Of a stretch of 64,000 bases of DNA, positions 63,001 to 64,000 are shown piece by piece (position 1 is the first letter of the stretch; every line of letters begins with the position of its first letter). A program made the position numbers and the translations under genes. The notes beneath the pieces are model-generated. The model saw nothing but the letters and a program-made list of their open reading frames with translations, was not told the DNA's origin and did no database searches. The stretch comes from Phoronis australis (lineage: Eukaryota > Animalia > Phoronida): assembly GCA_002633005.1 (NCBI GenBank), contig NMRA01000087.1, positions 821,990-885,989 on the forward strand, written 5' to 3'.

Positions 63001-63135
63001 GGTGCTCCTCGCTCACTTGGTCCAGCTTGACTCCGATGAAGTAGTCAACAAGATTCTCCAGCGAGTGCTTGCCCAGGATCTGAGCCGTCAGCAAGACGTG
63101 GTGGAACCATAATGGGACGTGGTACACATGTTGAG
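60094..63135 (-). CDS. SNX14: Sorting nexin-14, last four coding exons (PXC/C-nexin domain), 5'-partial
   Basis: Exons 63135-62940 (VYHVPLWFHHVL..KLDQVSEEHRIEGMIHLLRDVLF), 61979-61918, 61143-61052 (LFDIVQQPKLNKQ), 60174-60094 (LMYTFLDILLKELFPEL..TGA). Phases are consistent and the sequence matches the SNX14 C-terminal signature QQPxLNKQLxYxxLDxxxxELFPEL. Confidence 0.9.
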
Positions 63136-63397
63136 CTGAAATCATGAAATACCCAGGCAACTTATGATATAAACTAACAACAGCGGGCAAAATGACAGCC
63201 AGACTAGCAGTGTTTGCCGAAGCTGTGTTTCTGCATAATTTGACACTACGAAGCTAGAAATGACGGACATTAATTTAGTTATGAGTGTGATACCTGGGAC
63301 GTAATTTTTGGTAAGTTGTCAAAAATAACAAAATGAGAATCAACAGTTGCAATTCTTGGTTGTCTTCCCAAATTTTCCTTTGGTGAAAGTTTTACAA

Positions 63398-63628
63398 AGG
63401 GTCTGTTTTATGAAAAGTAACTTAAGAGTCTTAGACTCCATGCAACTGTTTCTGAAGTATAATTAGTACAGAGTTTCTGAAAATAGACCCAGATAATTTT
63501 CACAAATTCATAGATTGTGATATGCCAACAATTACACGGCAAAAGTTTCGTCAATAATTGTTAAGTGAGATCGCAAGTCAGAAAATTTCTGGCTTAAATC
63601 ATAAGACACTTTTCATAAAACAGACCCT
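63398..63628. mobile_element. MITE (PIF/Harbinger-like GGG..CCC ends)
   Basis: AGGGTCTGTTTTATGAAAAGT / ACTTTTCATAAAACAGACCCT, 21-bp TIRs. Confidence 0.8.
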
Positions 63629-64000
63629 AGGTTCGCCTCTAACATTGCTTGTTGATCGGTGCCTGTTTAGGAATTTCTAAGTGGTTTTCAAGAACCCCAA
63701 GAAATAGAAGTGGAGGGTTGGTCCCCTGGACCCCAGTCCTTGAAAGTATAGGTCAAACACTGGATTTGGTATACATCTTGTATTGGACTGGTGAAGTACA
63801 AGCAAAAAAATCAATACAGGGAATGGGTAATCATAATGAGACTATTTAGAAGATAATGAAAGTTAGAAAGTATTATTTATTAAAAATAACTGGTTTTTAA
63901 TCTAATTACCCTCTATTTTAAGATTATGCAGTTTCAGACGTTTAGAAAATAAAGCTCATTGCAACATTTCATAAACCTTTCAACAAAAATGGTGGGCATA

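Overview
AT-rich, intron-rich animal genomic DNA (probably an invertebrate), with one N gap at 16809-17146 and single-N joins at 46323, 48575 and 52266. Four spliced genes were reconstructed by hand with consistent exon phases. (1) A DDX5/DDX17 (p68/Dbp2) DEAD-box helicase on + at 998-9811; its first exon was not found and is probably upstream of the window. (2) An ARHGAP17/44 (RICH/Nadrin) BAR-RhoGAP gene on - at 43512-12647. (3) RRS1 on + at 43716-56165, head-to-head with the RhoGAP gene (203 bp between the ATGs). (4) The 3' end of SNX14 on - at 63135-60094. Introns hold many MITEs, a pogo/Tigger-like element and an L1/Tx1-like fragment. The most interesting signals are in the helicase gene. 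A tandem pair of 134-nt, apparently mutually exclusive exons encodes two versions of the Q-motif/Walker A module, one DDX5-like and one DDX17-like. The motif-V intron can fold into a ~1.1-kb rod of about 11 nested helices that buries a perfect cryptic 5' splice site, a candidate helicase-sensing autoregulatory switch. Other signals are alternative post-GAP exons in the RhoGAP gene and triplicated in-frame splice donors in SNX14. The duplicated RRS1 exon is most likely a haplotype assembly artefact. All pairings and alignments were read by eye; nothing was computed or searched.
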